This document shows positions 37,061 through 47,744 of a stretch of DNA of 64,000 nucleotides, in pieces. Position numbers and translations under genes: made by a program. Every line of letters begins with the position of its first letter. Position 1 is the stretch's first letter. Origin of the DNA: an uncultured bacterium (GTDB taxonomy: Bacteria > Fidelibacterota > Marinisomatia > Marinisomatales > UBA1611); assembly GCA_943788175.1 (NCBI GenBank), contig CALSPG010000005.1, positions 384,001 through 448,000 on the forward strand. Reading direction: 5' to 3'. The notes beneath the pieces were generated by a model. It had not been told where the DNA came from and ran no database searches. It saw only the letters and a program-made list of their open reading frames with translations.

Positions 37061-39355
37061 ATGAATTTAAAAAGTATTATAAAACGTATCTTCTTATTAG
37101 ACGCATATTATCCAAGAACGATAATTGCCTCTATCATTCTTTTAACAATCTTTTTCATGTGGAAAATTCCTGAATTAAAAATTGATCCAGGTCTTAGATC
37201 ATTGGTCCCACCAAATCATAAAATTGTTAAAAATATGGAATTAGCAGAAGATTTATTCAGTAGTAACGAAATTGTAATCATAGCTGTTGAATCTGAAGAT
37301 TTATTATCCAGGACTACCCTTATGAAGTTTTCCTCTATGCATGATTCTCTAGCAAGCATTCCCTCGGTAAGTCGCGTTGGGTCTATATATAATCAAAAAT
37401 ATATTGTCCCTGATGATGGTGGTTTTGAAATACAAAAAATTCTTCAAAAAATACCAGAAGATTCAATTGAAACCTCAAATTTTATTGAAACCATTCAGGC
37501 AAGCGAAATCATTGGGAGCTTAATTTCCTCAGATCTTAATATTATGTGTTTTGTGGCTCAAATTTCGGCTCCAACAGATTTCGATGAGATTGCTTTCAGA
37601 AAAAACTTATTTCGAATAGTTAATCGATTTGAAGACCCAGAAAATATTTACATTGCTAGTTCTATAATCTCAGCTGCTGAGTCCATTGATAGTGTGAAGA
37701 GAGATATGAGGACCTTTACACCTATTGCTCTCGGTTTAATGATAGTACTCTTAATCTTAAGTTTTAGAAGTTGGACTGGAACATTCTTACCTTTATTTGT
37801 TGTTGCGTTTTCAATACTATGGACATTTGGATTAATGGCTTGGCTAGGAATATCTGTACCGATTATTGGTGGCTTGATTCCAATAATGCTTATCGCGATT
37901 GCAAATAATTATGGTATCCATATTATATCTCATTATTATGAATTTACAAAATTAGATCAAAATCTTGATAGAGTTGAAATATTAAAGAGGACTATGAAAA
38001 GACTTGGGATGCCGATTTTCTTAGCCGGTTTTACAACAGTAATTAGTTTTTTAAGTTTATTAACTCACGAACTCACAAAAGTGCGAGAAATTGGAGCATT
38101 AGTTTCTTTTGGCATAGCAGTCTCTTTCTTTTTAAGTCTTCTATTCATACCTGCAATTTTAATTTTAGTGCCAAGACCAACCTATCTCGGTAAAGAAAAA
38201 AGTCTAGAAGCAGTAAATAATTTTCTTGTTAATTGGGGAAAATTTTTTGTAAAAAATAATTCGACTTTTTTAATATTATTATTTTCAGGGATGTTCTTAT
38301 TTTCATTTGGCATCAGAGATATTACCATAGATACAGTACCAGATAATTATTTTCCTAAAGATTCAAAAATAAGGAGAGCTAGTGCCGTCATAAATGAGGT
38401 TTTTGGAGGTTCAACTCAATTAAACATTCTTATAGAAGGGGATATTTATGATCCTAATTCTTTAAACCACATCGATAAACTTATGAACCACATAAAAGAA
38501 AAAAATGATGTAGTTAGTTCTACTTACTCTATAGCAGATGTGATAAAAAAAATGCATTTTTCTTTTAACAACGGCAACATTGATTCTTTGAAAATTCCAT
38601 TCAGTCGTGACCTTATAGAACAGTACATGTTTTTATACTCGATAGCAGGGGAAGACAATGACTTTGATTTAATATTAAACGATACAGATGACCCTAATTA
38701 TTCGCAAGGATTTGTAAGAATTAAAAAAGTTAGTACTGCAGATTTAATGGCTTTAGTGGATGACACCGAAGATTATATTCATTCGAATTACTATGATGGT
38801 AACCCAATTAATCCTATGTTGTCTGGGCCAGCAGCATTGTTAGGAGCAGTTAGTCATTCTGTTATTAGAGGCCAAATTATTAGTCTTGCAATGGCCTCAT
38901 TGATATTATTTATGATAATGGCAATCGTTTTCAGATCTTTTGTCGGCGGTGTTTTAGCTAGTCTACCTATGATGCTTGCAGTAATACTTATATTTAGTTT
39001 ATTAGGAAATTTTGGTATTCCTTTAAACATGACAACCTCCTTATTAACCTGTATTCTTGTTGGAGTTGGAATAGACTATTCCGTTCATTTTCTTTGGCAT
39101 CTAAGAGAATACCTTAGAGAAGGATATGATCTAGACTCAGCAATCTCTAACACGATGAAAGTTTCAGGTAAGGGTATTCTATTTAATGGCGTTTCTGTAA
39201 TCGTAGGTTTTTCTGTACTAATGTTTTCAGTATTTATGCCTTTAAAAGAATTTAGTATTTTAATTATGGCTTCAATTGGTTTTTGTTTAGTTGGTGGAAT
39301 GGCGATTTTACCAGCCATCGTAAGTCTTATAAAACCTAGTTTTTTATATAAATAA
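37061..39355 (+). CDS. MMPL/RND family transporter
   Basis: Duplicated 1+5 TM topology; ANNYGIH, AGFTTVISF, GVGIDYSVH. Confidence 0.92.
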   Translation: MNLKSIIKRIFLLDAYYPRTIIASIILLTIFFMWKIPELKIDPGLRSLVPPNHKIVKNMELAEDLFSSNEIVIIAVESEDLLSRTTLMKFSSMHDSLASIPSVSRVGSIYNQKYIVPDDGGFEIQKILQKIPEDSIETSNFIETIQASEIIGSLISSDLNIMCFVAQISAPTDFDEIAFRKNLFRIVNRFEDPENIYIASSIISAAESIDSVKRDMRTFTPIALGLMIVLLILSFRSWTGTFLPLFVVAFSILWTFGLMAWLGISVPIIGGLIPIMLIAIANNYGIHIISHYYEFTKLDQNLDRVEILKRTMKRLGMPIFLAGFTTVISFLSLLTHELTKVREIGALVSFGIAVSFFLSLLFIPAILILVPRPTYLGKEKSLEAVNNFLVNWGKFFVKNNSTFLILLFSGMFLFSFGIRDITIDTVPDNYFPKDSKIRRASAVINEVFGGSTQLNILIEGDIYDPNSLNHIDKLMNHIKEKNDVVSSTYSIADVIKKMHFSFNNGNIDSLKIPFSRDLIEQYMFLYSIAGEDNDFDLILNDTDDPNYSQGFVRIKKVSTADLMALVDDTEDYIHSNYYDGNPINPMLSGPAALLGAVSHSVIRGQIISLAMASLILFMIMAIVFRSFVGGVLASLPMMLAVILIFSLLGNFGIPLNMTTSLLTCILVGVGIDYSVHFLWHLREYLREGYDLDSAISNTMKVSGKGILFNGVSVIVGFSVLMFSVFMPLKEFSILIMASIGFCLVGGMAILPAIVSLIKPSFLYK

Positions 39356-39678
39356 TGAAGAAAAACCAAGATAAATCAATTAGCCTTATTATACTTTTTT
39401 TATCAGGGCTAGCTATAATCTGGTGGTTCTATAATTATTATTTAATTCCAGATAATCAAGGTGTAGTTGAAGTTTACAACCTTAAAACCATTGTGTCATG
39501 GGGTTCTAAAAATTCAGATCTACTATTAATTATCTATATATTTTTATGCTTACAACTAGCAGGATTATCAGAGTTTAAACAGCGGCAAGACTATCTTACC
39601 GTGGCTTTAATTAGTCTAGTTTTCACCCCAATTGGTCTACTCTTTATAAAAGATGAAAAAGAAAAACCGGATGAATAA
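39355..39678 (+). CDS. Hypothetical 3-TM protein
   Basis: Overlaps both neighbouring genes. Confidence 0.65.
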   Translation: MKKNQDKSISLIILFLSGLAIIWWFYNYYLIPDNQGVVEVYNLKTIVSWGSKNSDLLLIIYIFLCLQLAGLSEFKQRQDYLTVALISLVFTPIGLLFIKDEKEKPDE

Positions 39679-40445
39679 AATCTTGTCTTTTTTGTTTTTT
39701 ATTAATGTCGTTTTTGCTGGCGATAGCAACCCTGAGGCATTGGAAATTATGGAAAGAGTAATAGCTCACCCAAACCCAAAGACATCAATATCAGAGGTTC
39801 ATCTAGAAATAATTAGAAAAAAGGGAAGCAAAACAAAGCAAAAAAATAGAGCTTTTATCAGTTATGAAAAATTGTATGATGACGGTGATTACAAGAAAAA
39901 ATCATTAGTTAAATTTTTAGAGCCTAAATCCGTTGAGGGCACCGGCTTATTAAGTTGGACAAAATTTAATGGTTTATCAGAGCAATGGTTTTTTCTTCCA
40001 ATATTGAAAACAGCAAAAAAAATTAAATCTAAAGAAAAATCAAAATCTTTTATGTCTACAGATTTCATTTACGAAGATTTGGAAAGCAGAGAGATTTCTG
40101 ATGATAGTTTTAAGATTTATGGAAAAGAAATAATTAATAATAAAGATTGTATCATTATTGATTCTTCTCCAATAAAAGAGAGTTCATATTGGGGGAAAAA
40201 AATATATGTTGATACTCAAATATGGAAAATTAGAAAAGTAGAATATTTTTCAGCGCAATCAAAATTAGAGAAAACGTTGCATTTTAAGGAAATAGTCAAA
40301 ATGGGTAAGTATTGGTTCCCGAAAATATTAGAGATGCGCAAAGAAAATGGTAATTATCACTATCATGAAAGTGGCCGCTTTTAAGCCAGATACAGGGTTA
40401 GATGATCAAGTTTTTACAGAATCTTTTTTGATAGAAAAAAATTAA
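39671..40445 (+). CDS. LolA-like outer-membrane lipoprotein-sorting family protein (+1 indel near 40358)
   Basis: KFLEPKSVEGTGLL, QWFFLP, FMSTDFIYEDL; the C-terminus TIMKV...DTGLDDQVFTESFL lies in the next frame. Confidence 0.85.
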
Positions 40446-40520
40446 TTAAATAATCATTTTTAACCAATTAGTTGAAGCCGGGTCTAATTAATAAAGTATT
40501 TTACAAGGAGTAATTAAATA

Positions 40521-42170
40521 ATGAATAAAAAATTTAAAAAAGATGCTTCTAAATATAAATCTTGGGTGTTGCGAGACAGACAAATTTGCGATTTAGAAAT
40601 GATTTTAAACGGAGGTTTTTCTCCTTTAAATGGCTTTCTAAATAAAGAGAATTATGAAAATGTATTGATTGACATGAGACTTTCAGATGGTAGTGTATGG
40701 CCAATGCCTATCACCCTGGATGTTAACTCAAAATTTTCTAAATCAATATCAATCGGGGAAAATATAACCTTGAAGGACAAGGAAGGATTTTCAATTGCAG
40801 TTCTAGAGGTTGAAAATAAATGGGAGCCAGACTTATATAAAGAAGCAGAATTAATTTTTGGCACTAAAGACGTATCTCACCCCGGAGTTGATTATCTACT
40901 TAATTATAGTAACAATATTTATATAGGCGGTAAAGTAGAATTAATAGACTTACCTCACCATTATGATTATAAAGATTTGCGTCTTAGTCCAAAAAATCTG
41001 AAACAAAAGTTCAAAGATTTAGGATGGGATAATATAGTCGCTTTCCAAACACGTAATCCGCTACACAAAGCACATGTTGAAATGACATTAAAAGCACTAG
41101 AAGATTTAGACGCTAATCTATTAATTCATCCGGTAGTTGGTATGACTAAGGCTGGAGATGTCGATCATTATACTCGAGTGAGGTGTTATCAGCATGTACT
41201 AAATAAGTATCCAAAAAATAAAGCAATATTAAGTTTAATACCGTTAGCAATGAGAATGGGTGGGCCAAGAGAAGCACTCTGGCATGCTCTTATTAGAAAA
41301 AACTATGGTTGTACTCATTTAATCGTTGGTAGAGATCATGCTGGGCCAGGCCTAAATAAAGAAGGTAATCCATTTTATGGGCCTTACGATGCTCAAGAAA
41401 TGCTTCAAAAATTTGAAGAAGAAATTGGAATTAAAATGGTGCCTTTTAAGTTTTTGGTTTACCTTCCAGATGAAAATATTTACAAGCCAATTGATGAAAT
41501 TCCAAGTGATACTAATTATAAAACAGTCTCTGGGACTCAATTAAGAGATTACCTTGATAAAGGGAAAGATATTCCAGAATGGTTCACCTACAAAGAGGTG
41601 GCTAATGAGCTTCAAAAATCTCAACCACCTATTTCTAAAAGAGGTTTTACAGTCTTTTTTACAGGATTGTCGGGTTCGGGGAAATCTACTTTAGCAAATG
41701 GTCTATTAATAAAACTGTTAGAGAATGGAAATAAACCTGTGACACTCCTAGACGGAGATATTGTTAGAACTCATTTATCGAGTGAATTAGGTTTTTCAAA
41801 AGAGCATCGATCTTTAAACGTCAAGCGTATTGGGTATGTAGCAAGTGAAATAACAAAAAATGGTGGCATCGCTATTTGTGCTCCTATAGCACCCTATGAA
41901 AAAGATAGATCTTATAACAGAAATCTTATTTCAAAATTAGGCGGATACATTGAGATACATGTTTCGACTTCGTTAGAAAAGTGCGAGGAGAGAGATGTTA
42001 AAGGTCTTTATAAATTAGCAAGAAAAGGGGTAGTGAAAGAATTTACAGGCGTTTCTGACCCATATGAAGCTCCCCAAAATGCTGAGCTTGTAATCGATTC
42101 TAGTGATGTTGATCCTGAAAAACTTGTCGAACAGATTTATGATTTTATTAAAAGTTTATCTTTCATTTAA
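40521..42170 (+). CDS. sat: Bifunctional sulfate adenylyltransferase / APS kinase (PAPS synthase)
   Basis: AFQTRNPLH, MGGPREA, VGRDHAG; GLSGSGKST, LDGDIVR, ERDVKGLY, FTGVSDPYE; AAGGAG RBS. Confidence 0.96.
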   Translation: MNKKFKKDASKYKSWVLRDRQICDLEMILNGGFSPLNGFLNKENYENVLIDMRLSDGSVWPMPITLDVNSKFSKSISIGENITLKDKEGFSIAVLEVENKWEPDLYKEAELIFGTKDVSHPGVDYLLNYSNNIYIGGKVELIDLPHHYDYKDLRLSPKNLKQKFKDLGWDNIVAFQTRNPLHKAHVEMTLKALEDLDANLLIHPVVGMTKAGDVDHYTRVRCYQHVLNKYPKNKAILSLIPLAMRMGGPREALWHALIRKNYGCTHLIVGRDHAGPGLNKEGNPFYGPYDAQEMLQKFEEEIGIKMVPFKFLVYLPDENIYKPIDEIPSDTNYKTVSGTQLRDYLDKGKDIPEWFTYKEVANELQKSQPPISKRGFTVFFTGLSGSGKSTLANGLLIKLLENGNKPVTLLDGDIVRTHLSSELGFSKEHRSLNVKRIGYVASEITKNGGIAICAPIAPYEKDRSYNRNLISKLGGYIEIHVSTSLEKCEERDVKGLYKLARKGVVKEFTGVSDPYEAPQNAELVIDSSDVDPEKLVEQIYDFIKSLSFI

Positions 42171-42182
42171 AAATATTATTTA

Positions 42183-44258
42183 ATGACCAAATATTATTTT
42201 TCAGCCATATTTTTAATATATTCAGGGTTTTTTCAAATCTTGAATGCTCAACTAGTTTTACCAACTAATGATAGTGTCCTAAACTATATACATGTTCTTT
42301 TTGAATGGAATCAATACCCTGAAGCAGATAGTTATAACCTTGAAATTTCTACTGATTCTCTTTTTGATAGCGTAATAAGGACAGCTAATGTCAGTTCATT
42401 AATTTTTATTGAAAAAGAAATTATTAATTGGGATTCAAAATATTATTGGCGAATAAGACCGATTTTTGAAAGTTCGCTAACAAGCGAGTGGTCTGAAACA
42501 TATCATTTTTTTACTGGGCAAAAGCGTTCGGAATCAACTGTCAATATTTATGATGAAAATAATGTTAGTCCTGGCCTTACAATATTTGGATCATTTTATA
42601 ATTATTTTAGCGCAATGATTGATATGAATGGGAAAGAGGTATGGAATACCGGTGATAAAAAAATTGTTTATTATAATTCTTCTCCTGCACTTGATTTACT
42701 AGGGTGCATTTCTGATAATTCATTAGAACATAATTTGCCTGGAATTGATTTTTCTATAGATAATGATTTTATTTGGGAAGAACCAAATGATCAGTTTTTG
42801 CACCATGACCTTGTTAAACTTCCAAATGGTAACTACATGGGTATTGTTGCCACTAGCCAGTTAGGGCCTATTCCAATTGGTCCTTGGACATCTGATTACC
42901 AAGGTTTTGGTTTTGCAGCAAATGGTTTATCAGTTGAATTCCCTTGGGTTGGTGACAAACTTGTTGAGTGGGATAAAGATACTAAAGAAGTTGTTTGGAG
43001 TTGGAATGTATTTGACTATTTTTCCATGGAAGATTTTGATGCTCTTGGAGGGACGTGGTTACCTAGTTCTACTGGTTATCAAGAGTATGATTGGACGCAC
43101 CTTAACGCAATGATATTTTCTGAACAGGAAAGCGCGATATATATTTCCATTCGACATTTATCAAGAATAACAAAGATCGCTTACCCAAGTGGTGAGGTTC
43201 TCTGGAATATGGGAAGAGATATGCCTTCAGGCGAAGTTACTTTAGGAAACGATTTTGGGTTTAGTTTTCAGCATGGTTTACAGAAACTTGAAAACGGGAA
43301 TATTGTCACATTTGACAATGGAAATCTGAGCCAATATTTTTTAAATACTGAGGTCCCCACTTCTAGAGCTTTAGAATTATCGATTTTAAATGACCAAGCA
43401 TCAATTATTTGGGAGCATTCTTTACCAGAAAATCTCTTTGGATTCGCATCTGGTAATGCTCAAAAACTTGACAATGGAAATTACCTTATCACAACTGTTG
43501 GTGGTAACGGCACTTCAATTGAAGTAAACAGTGATGGAGTACAAGTTTGGCAAGGAAATTATAACTTATGTGAACCAATCTGTGCTGTTTATCGAGCGAA
43601 TAGAGTTTCAAGCCTATATCCAATTGCTTTCAGTTTAATATCAAATGGTCTTTCGATTAATCAAGAACAGGGTAATGAATTTGGCGCGGGTATTCCACTG
43701 GCATTGGGCAGTGCTTCTGTATCATTCACATTGAAAAATGAAGGCTCTATTTCAGATGTTTTCAATTATGAGTTTGTTGAAGAATTAAATTGGTTTGATA
43801 ATTTTAGTGGATATGTGGAACTCTCGCCAGGAGAAGAGCAAATTATTACTTTTAATGGAGAAACGAGCAGTTCAGCAAATAGTAATTATTACCAGATGGT
43901 TGTAGCACCCTCCCAAAAACCTTCATTAGCTAAAACAGTTATTAACGAGCTCTATATAGATGAATTAAGTTTAAATACTGAATCTTTAATAGTTCCTAAG
44001 AGTGCTAATCTGAAAATGCCCTTTCCAAATCCATTTAATTCATTTGTTCATCTTAATGTAGAAAATATTTTAGAAAATGGACTCAGTATTGATATATATG
44101 ATATAAATGGTAAAACTGTTGCAAGTATACCAATAATATCAAATTCAAGTAACTTTCATACTGTGTGGAATGCTGAGAGTCATCCATCGGGGTTGTACTT
44201 TTTAAGTATTGACAACTCTATCAATACTCAATTCAAGAAAATTTTATACTTAAAGTAA
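42183..44258 (+). CDS. Secreted aryl-sulfate sulfotransferase (ASST) with N-terminal FnIII-like and C-terminal sorting domains
   Basis: LHHD, DWTHLN, SIRHLS, FQHG, FDNG, GNAQKLDNGN, YRA; FPNPFN C-terminal domain. Confidence 0.88.
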   Translation: MTKYYFSAIFLIYSGFFQILNAQLVLPTNDSVLNYIHVLFEWNQYPEADSYNLEISTDSLFDSVIRTANVSSLIFIEKEIINWDSKYYWRIRPIFESSLTSEWSETYHFFTGQKRSESTVNIYDENNVSPGLTIFGSFYNYFSAMIDMNGKEVWNTGDKKIVYYNSSPALDLLGCISDNSLEHNLPGIDFSIDNDFIWEEPNDQFLHHDLVKLPNGNYMGIVATSQLGPIPIGPWTSDYQGFGFAANGLSVEFPWVGDKLVEWDKDTKEVVWSWNVFDYFSMEDFDALGGTWLPSSTGYQEYDWTHLNAMIFSEQESAIYISIRHLSRITKIAYPSGEVLWNMGRDMPSGEVTLGNDFGFSFQHGLQKLENGNIVTFDNGNLSQYFLNTEVPTSRALELSILNDQASIIWEHSLPENLFGFASGNAQKLDNGNYLITTVGGNGTSIEVNSDGVQVWQGNYNLCEPICAVYRANRVSSLYPIAFSLISNGLSINQEQGNEFGAGIPLALGSASVSFTLKNEGSISDVFNYEFVEELNWFDNFSGYVELSPGEEQIITFNGETSSSANSNYYQMVVAPSQKPSLAKTVINELYIDELSLNTESLIVPKSANLKMPFPNPFNSFVHLNVENILENGLSIDIYDINGKTVASIPIISNSSNFHTVWNAESHPSGLYFLSIDNSINTQFKKILYLK

Positions 44259-45326
44259 TTGAAGCATTTTTACAAAAGTTTTTCAGTATTAGTATTAATG
44301 AATATGCATATAGTGTTTTCACAATGCGATAGCGCATATACATATATTGATTCATTACCGAGTAATGTAAATATCCTTTTTGGAGACAGTTGCTTTTATA
44401 ATGAAGATATAAGTGTATTAAATGATCTTATAAATGATAATAATCTAAATTATGAATCACCTCTTCATTTGGGAACCCAATCATGGTTCAGCGGTCGACT
44501 TAAAATATTAGTGGCAGGTAATTATGGTAATAGCTCAGGTGTGAATGATACAATTTTTATTTTGCCAGAATCTATTGGAAATTGGACCAAACTTAGTGGT
44601 TTATATTTAGAATGGAATAGAATATCATCACTACCTTTAAATTTTGAAAAATTAAAAGAACTCAGATCGTTATACATTTCAAATAATATTTTAGAAAGTG
44701 TTATTGAAAACTTAGATAGCTTATCCAGTCTCAAATATTTAGATCTTGGCTATAATAAAATTGATTCCTTACCATCTTCGTTATGTGGATTAAATGAACT
44801 AGAATACCTATGGTTATTTAATAACAAACTAGAATCACTCCCTGATTGTATCTGCAGTATGACCATTGATTGGAATAGTGATGACAGTGCTTGGTTTCCA
44901 TACTTTGCTATTGGCGGAAATAATCTTTGTGACAATATGCCGGAGTGCATAGAGAATAGTTCAAATTTTAACGTGAGTCTTGATCAGTTTTATTATTCTT
45001 TTCAAGTTGAATCATTGCAGGAATGTGATTATGCTGGGATTAATGAAGCTGAGGTTGTGCCTAATTATATCAGTATAGACAACCTTTACCCCAACCCCTT
45101 TAATCCCCATACAAATATAAAAATAGTCCTTTTAAAACGTGATTATGTGAATATTTCAATTTATGATATTAAAGGAAATTTAATTGACGTTTTGAACAAT
45201 AGAATACTTGAAGAGGGTAATTACAATTATAAGTGGAATGCAACCAATGTAAGTAGTGGTATGTATTTAATTAAAGTAAAAACACCTAACCAGACATTTA
45301 TTCGTAAAGGATTGTTAACAAAGTAA
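44259..45326 (+). CDS. Secreted leucine-rich repeat protein with C-terminal sorting domain
   Basis: LxxLxLxxNxI/L repeats; YPNPFNP C-terminal domain. Confidence 0.88.
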   Translation: MKHFYKSFSVLVLMNMHIVFSQCDSAYTYIDSLPSNVNILFGDSCFYNEDISVLNDLINDNNLNYESPLHLGTQSWFSGRLKILVAGNYGNSSGVNDTIFILPESIGNWTKLSGLYLEWNRISSLPLNFEKLKELRSLYISNNILESVIENLDSLSSLKYLDLGYNKIDSLPSSLCGLNELEYLWLFNNKLESLPDCICSMTIDWNSDDSAWFPYFAIGGNNLCDNMPECIENSSNFNVSLDQFYYSFQVESLQECDYAGINEAEVVPNYISIDNLYPNPFNPHTNIKIVLLKRDYVNISIYDIKGNLIDVLNNRILEEGNYNYKWNATNVSSGMYLIKVKTPNQTFIRKGLLTK

Positions 45327-45328
45327 TG

Positions 45329-46291
45329 TCAATAGGTAATCAGTGCGCAAGCCATTGATAGACCTGCTCCAGTACCAATGAAGTATAATAGATCACCACG
45401 TTGAATTCTGCCATCTTCTATGGCTATAGCAAGTGCCATAGGAATTGATGCTGCTACACAGTTTCCAGTTTTAGATACAATGTTTATAATTTTATTTTTT
45501 TCAAATCTACCGTAATCATGATAAGCATTAATTGCTTTTAAGGAAGCTTGATGTGGAATTACCCATGATACATTGTCTTTTTTAAATCCTGAATTTTTAA
45601 AAGTTTCCAGGACCATTTTAAAGGCCTTTTTTCTCGCTGACTTATATATTGAAGGCCCATCCATTGTGAAAAAATTATCTTCTATCGAAGTCTCGGGATT
45701 TAAGGGGTGCTTGAATGTGCCGCCTCCTCTGACCTCTGTTAACTCAGCATTTTCTGACCAGGTGTTCATTTTCCAATAATGAAAATTCTTTGAATTAGTT
45801 TGTTCTTTTTCAATCAATATTGCGGCAGCACCATCTCCTAATAGTGCAGCACTTTCAGGTTCTTTTGGGTTCCTGCCAATTGAACCTCTATCTGAAGATA
45901 TAATTAGAATTTTTTTATATATATTTGAATTGATTAGAGCTCTGGCATTATTTAAAGCGATAAGAAACGATAGGCATGTCCCATGAATACTAAAGCAAGG
46001 GACATTTTTTATTTTGAGTTCTCTTTGAAAAAATACAGAAGTATCTGGAATAGTTTGTTTTGGGACTCCTGAAGCATTAATAATTAAATCTGGAATACCG
46101 TTACCTGCTAATGCTTTTCTAGCAGCAACTGCCCCCATTTCATCTACATCTATTTCAGATATTCTTCTTTCCTCAACCCCTGTCTTTGCAATTATCCATT
46201 CAGTACTTTCATTTATAAATTTAGCAGTTGTTTTTGATTTTTCAACTTTAGGAGGCAAATATATTCCTGACCCTGTTATTTTAATACTCAT
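45329..46291 (-). CDS. FabH-like 3-oxoacyl-ACP synthase III family condensing enzyme
   Basis: KTGVEERR, catalytic Cys (GTCLSF), GDGAAA, His (PHQAS), Asn (GNCVAASIP). Confidence 0.9.
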   Translation of the reverse strand: MSIKITGSGIYLPPKVEKSKTTAKFINESTEWIIAKTGVEERRISEIDVDEMGAVAARKALAGNGIPDLIINASGVPKQTIPDTSVFFQRELKIKNVPCFSIHGTCLSFLIALNNARALINSNIYKKILIISSDRGSIGRNPKEPESAALLGDGAAAILIEKEQTNSKNFHYWKMNTWSENAELTEVRGGGTFKHPLNPETSIEDNFFTMDGPSIYKSARKKAFKMVLETFKNSGFKKDNVSWVIPHQASLKAINAYHDYGRFEKNKIINIVSKTGNCVAASIPMALAIAIEDGRIQRGDLLYFIGTGAGLSMACALITY

Positions 46292-46304
46292 CCTAGGGTC
46301 TCAA

Positions 46305-47744
46305 TTAAAAATTGAATTTCAAATTTGCGCGGACATGAGAAAAATCTTCCATTATATTAATTCTATAGTCTTCCCCTAATGGGTGTTTATTATTGCCTTT
46401 TATTTTTGTGTAACCTAAAACAAGGTGAAGATTCGTTTTTATAATATACGATGTTTCAAATGAAAATATGAGACCGGGGACTGAACCATTAAAATTGGTA
46501 TTATCAATATCTAAAAGTGAAGAGCCTGAAATAGTTAGTTGCTCATTTGCAAATGTTTTATTTAAAGATATAATAATAGCTCTTTTAGTGAGGACACCAA
46601 GAGATGATCCATATCCAGGTGTAAATATATTTTTTGGATCTAATTCATCTATACTAATCTCTAGGTTGGGTATTGATATATCATTATCAATAGGTAAGCT
46701 GTCAGCTTGATAATCAAGCGTGTCGTAAGTAAATAATTGTCCTATAAGTTTTATATCAAAAGGTAAATCAACTTCAAGTTGTAATGTTGCTTGAAAATAG
46801 TTGGCTTTTTCTTTTAGGGGATATGAGTAGTGCAAGGAATCATAAATTTGTGATTGATAAGAACTTGTCCTTAACAAAAAGTCATCAGCGCTATTTTTAT
46901 CTGAGGTATTAAAAAATGCGGCATCCCCTCTAATTGTTGTATTTCCTAAAAATAAAGTAGATCCAAAACCAAGCATTTTCGTTTTTCTATATCCATAAAT
47001 TATGTCAATAATCGAAAAACTTTTATCTGGACCAAATGCATAGACATTGACTCCTGATAAGTTGAATAATCGATCATATCCTTCAAAATAATTGATTGAA
47101 ATATCACCAACGCCAAATGTTCTTGCAGCATAAATCCCAAGCTCTAGGGGCATTCCTCTTATTTTCATAAACTCTTCACTAGAAGGATTCGAGGGAAGTT
47201 TAATCGGAAAATCATCACTTTCTTGAGGTGTCCTGTGCGTATTGTGCAAGGGAGATAAAGTGAAACCAAATTTGTAATTATTTAGGTATAAATCGATAGC
47301 TGAAGAAAACACACCAAGCTTTTTATCTGAACCACTTTCAAATGTATAGTAGTAATCATATGGACTGACAACATCAATCGGACTATTTTCATCAACATTA
47401 CCCCAACTATGAATCATTTTACCAATTTTGAACTCACCCCATGATGTAAACATTTGTAAATAAAACTCACGCATATCTACGCTAAAGTCAGTGGGCGATT
47501 GGTCTGATAAAAAGTGGGTAGATTCTCTTAACTTATGTTCAACATCTATGTTAGATCGAAATAAAATATCACTGCTTTCATGGTCCACATTAAAACGAAG
47601 CAACCTGTAAGGTAGGTTTATTAAAGAGCCATCTGATAATCTCGAAATATAATTAAAATCTACAAAGCCACTAATTGTGTTAGAGGATTGACTTATAGCG
47701 AAATTAAATAAGAAGATTATAAAAAGAATTTTATTTAAGCGCAT
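46305..47744 (-). CDS. Probable outer-membrane beta-barrel (DUF1302-like)
   Basis: Signal peptide, MREFYL, KIGKMIHSWG.vD..SPIDVVSP, C-terminal LKFNF. Confidence 0.7.
   Translation of the reverse strand: MRLNKILFIIFLFNFAISQSSNTISGFVDFNYISRLSDGSLINLPYRLLRFNVDHESSDILFRSNIDVEHKLRESTHFLSDQSPTDFSVDMREFYLQMFTSWGEFKIGKMIHSWGNVDENSPIDVVSPYDYYYTFESGSDKKLGVFSSAIDLYLNNYKFGFTLSPLHNTHRTPQESDDFPIKLPSNPSSEEFMKIRGMPLELGIYAARTFGVGDISINYFEGYDRLFNLSGVNVYAFGPDKSFSIIDIIYGYRKTKMLGFGSTLFLGNTTIRGDAAFFNTSDKNSADDFLLRTSSYQSQIYDSLHYSYPLKEKANYFQATLQLEVDLPFDIKLIGQLFTYDTLDYQADSLPIDNDISIPNLEISIDELDPKNIFTPGYGSSLGVLTKRAIIISLNKTFANEQLTISGSSLLDIDNTNFNGSVPGLIFSFETSYIIKTNLHLVLGYTKIKGNNKHPLGEDYRINIMEDFSHVRANLKFNF

Noticed and set aside
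40521-42170. Dissimilatory sulfur metabolism or cysteine-directed assimilation
   Set aside because: No apr/dsr/cysH/cysIJ genes in the window; the APS kinase fusion and adjacent sulfotransferases point to PAPS supply
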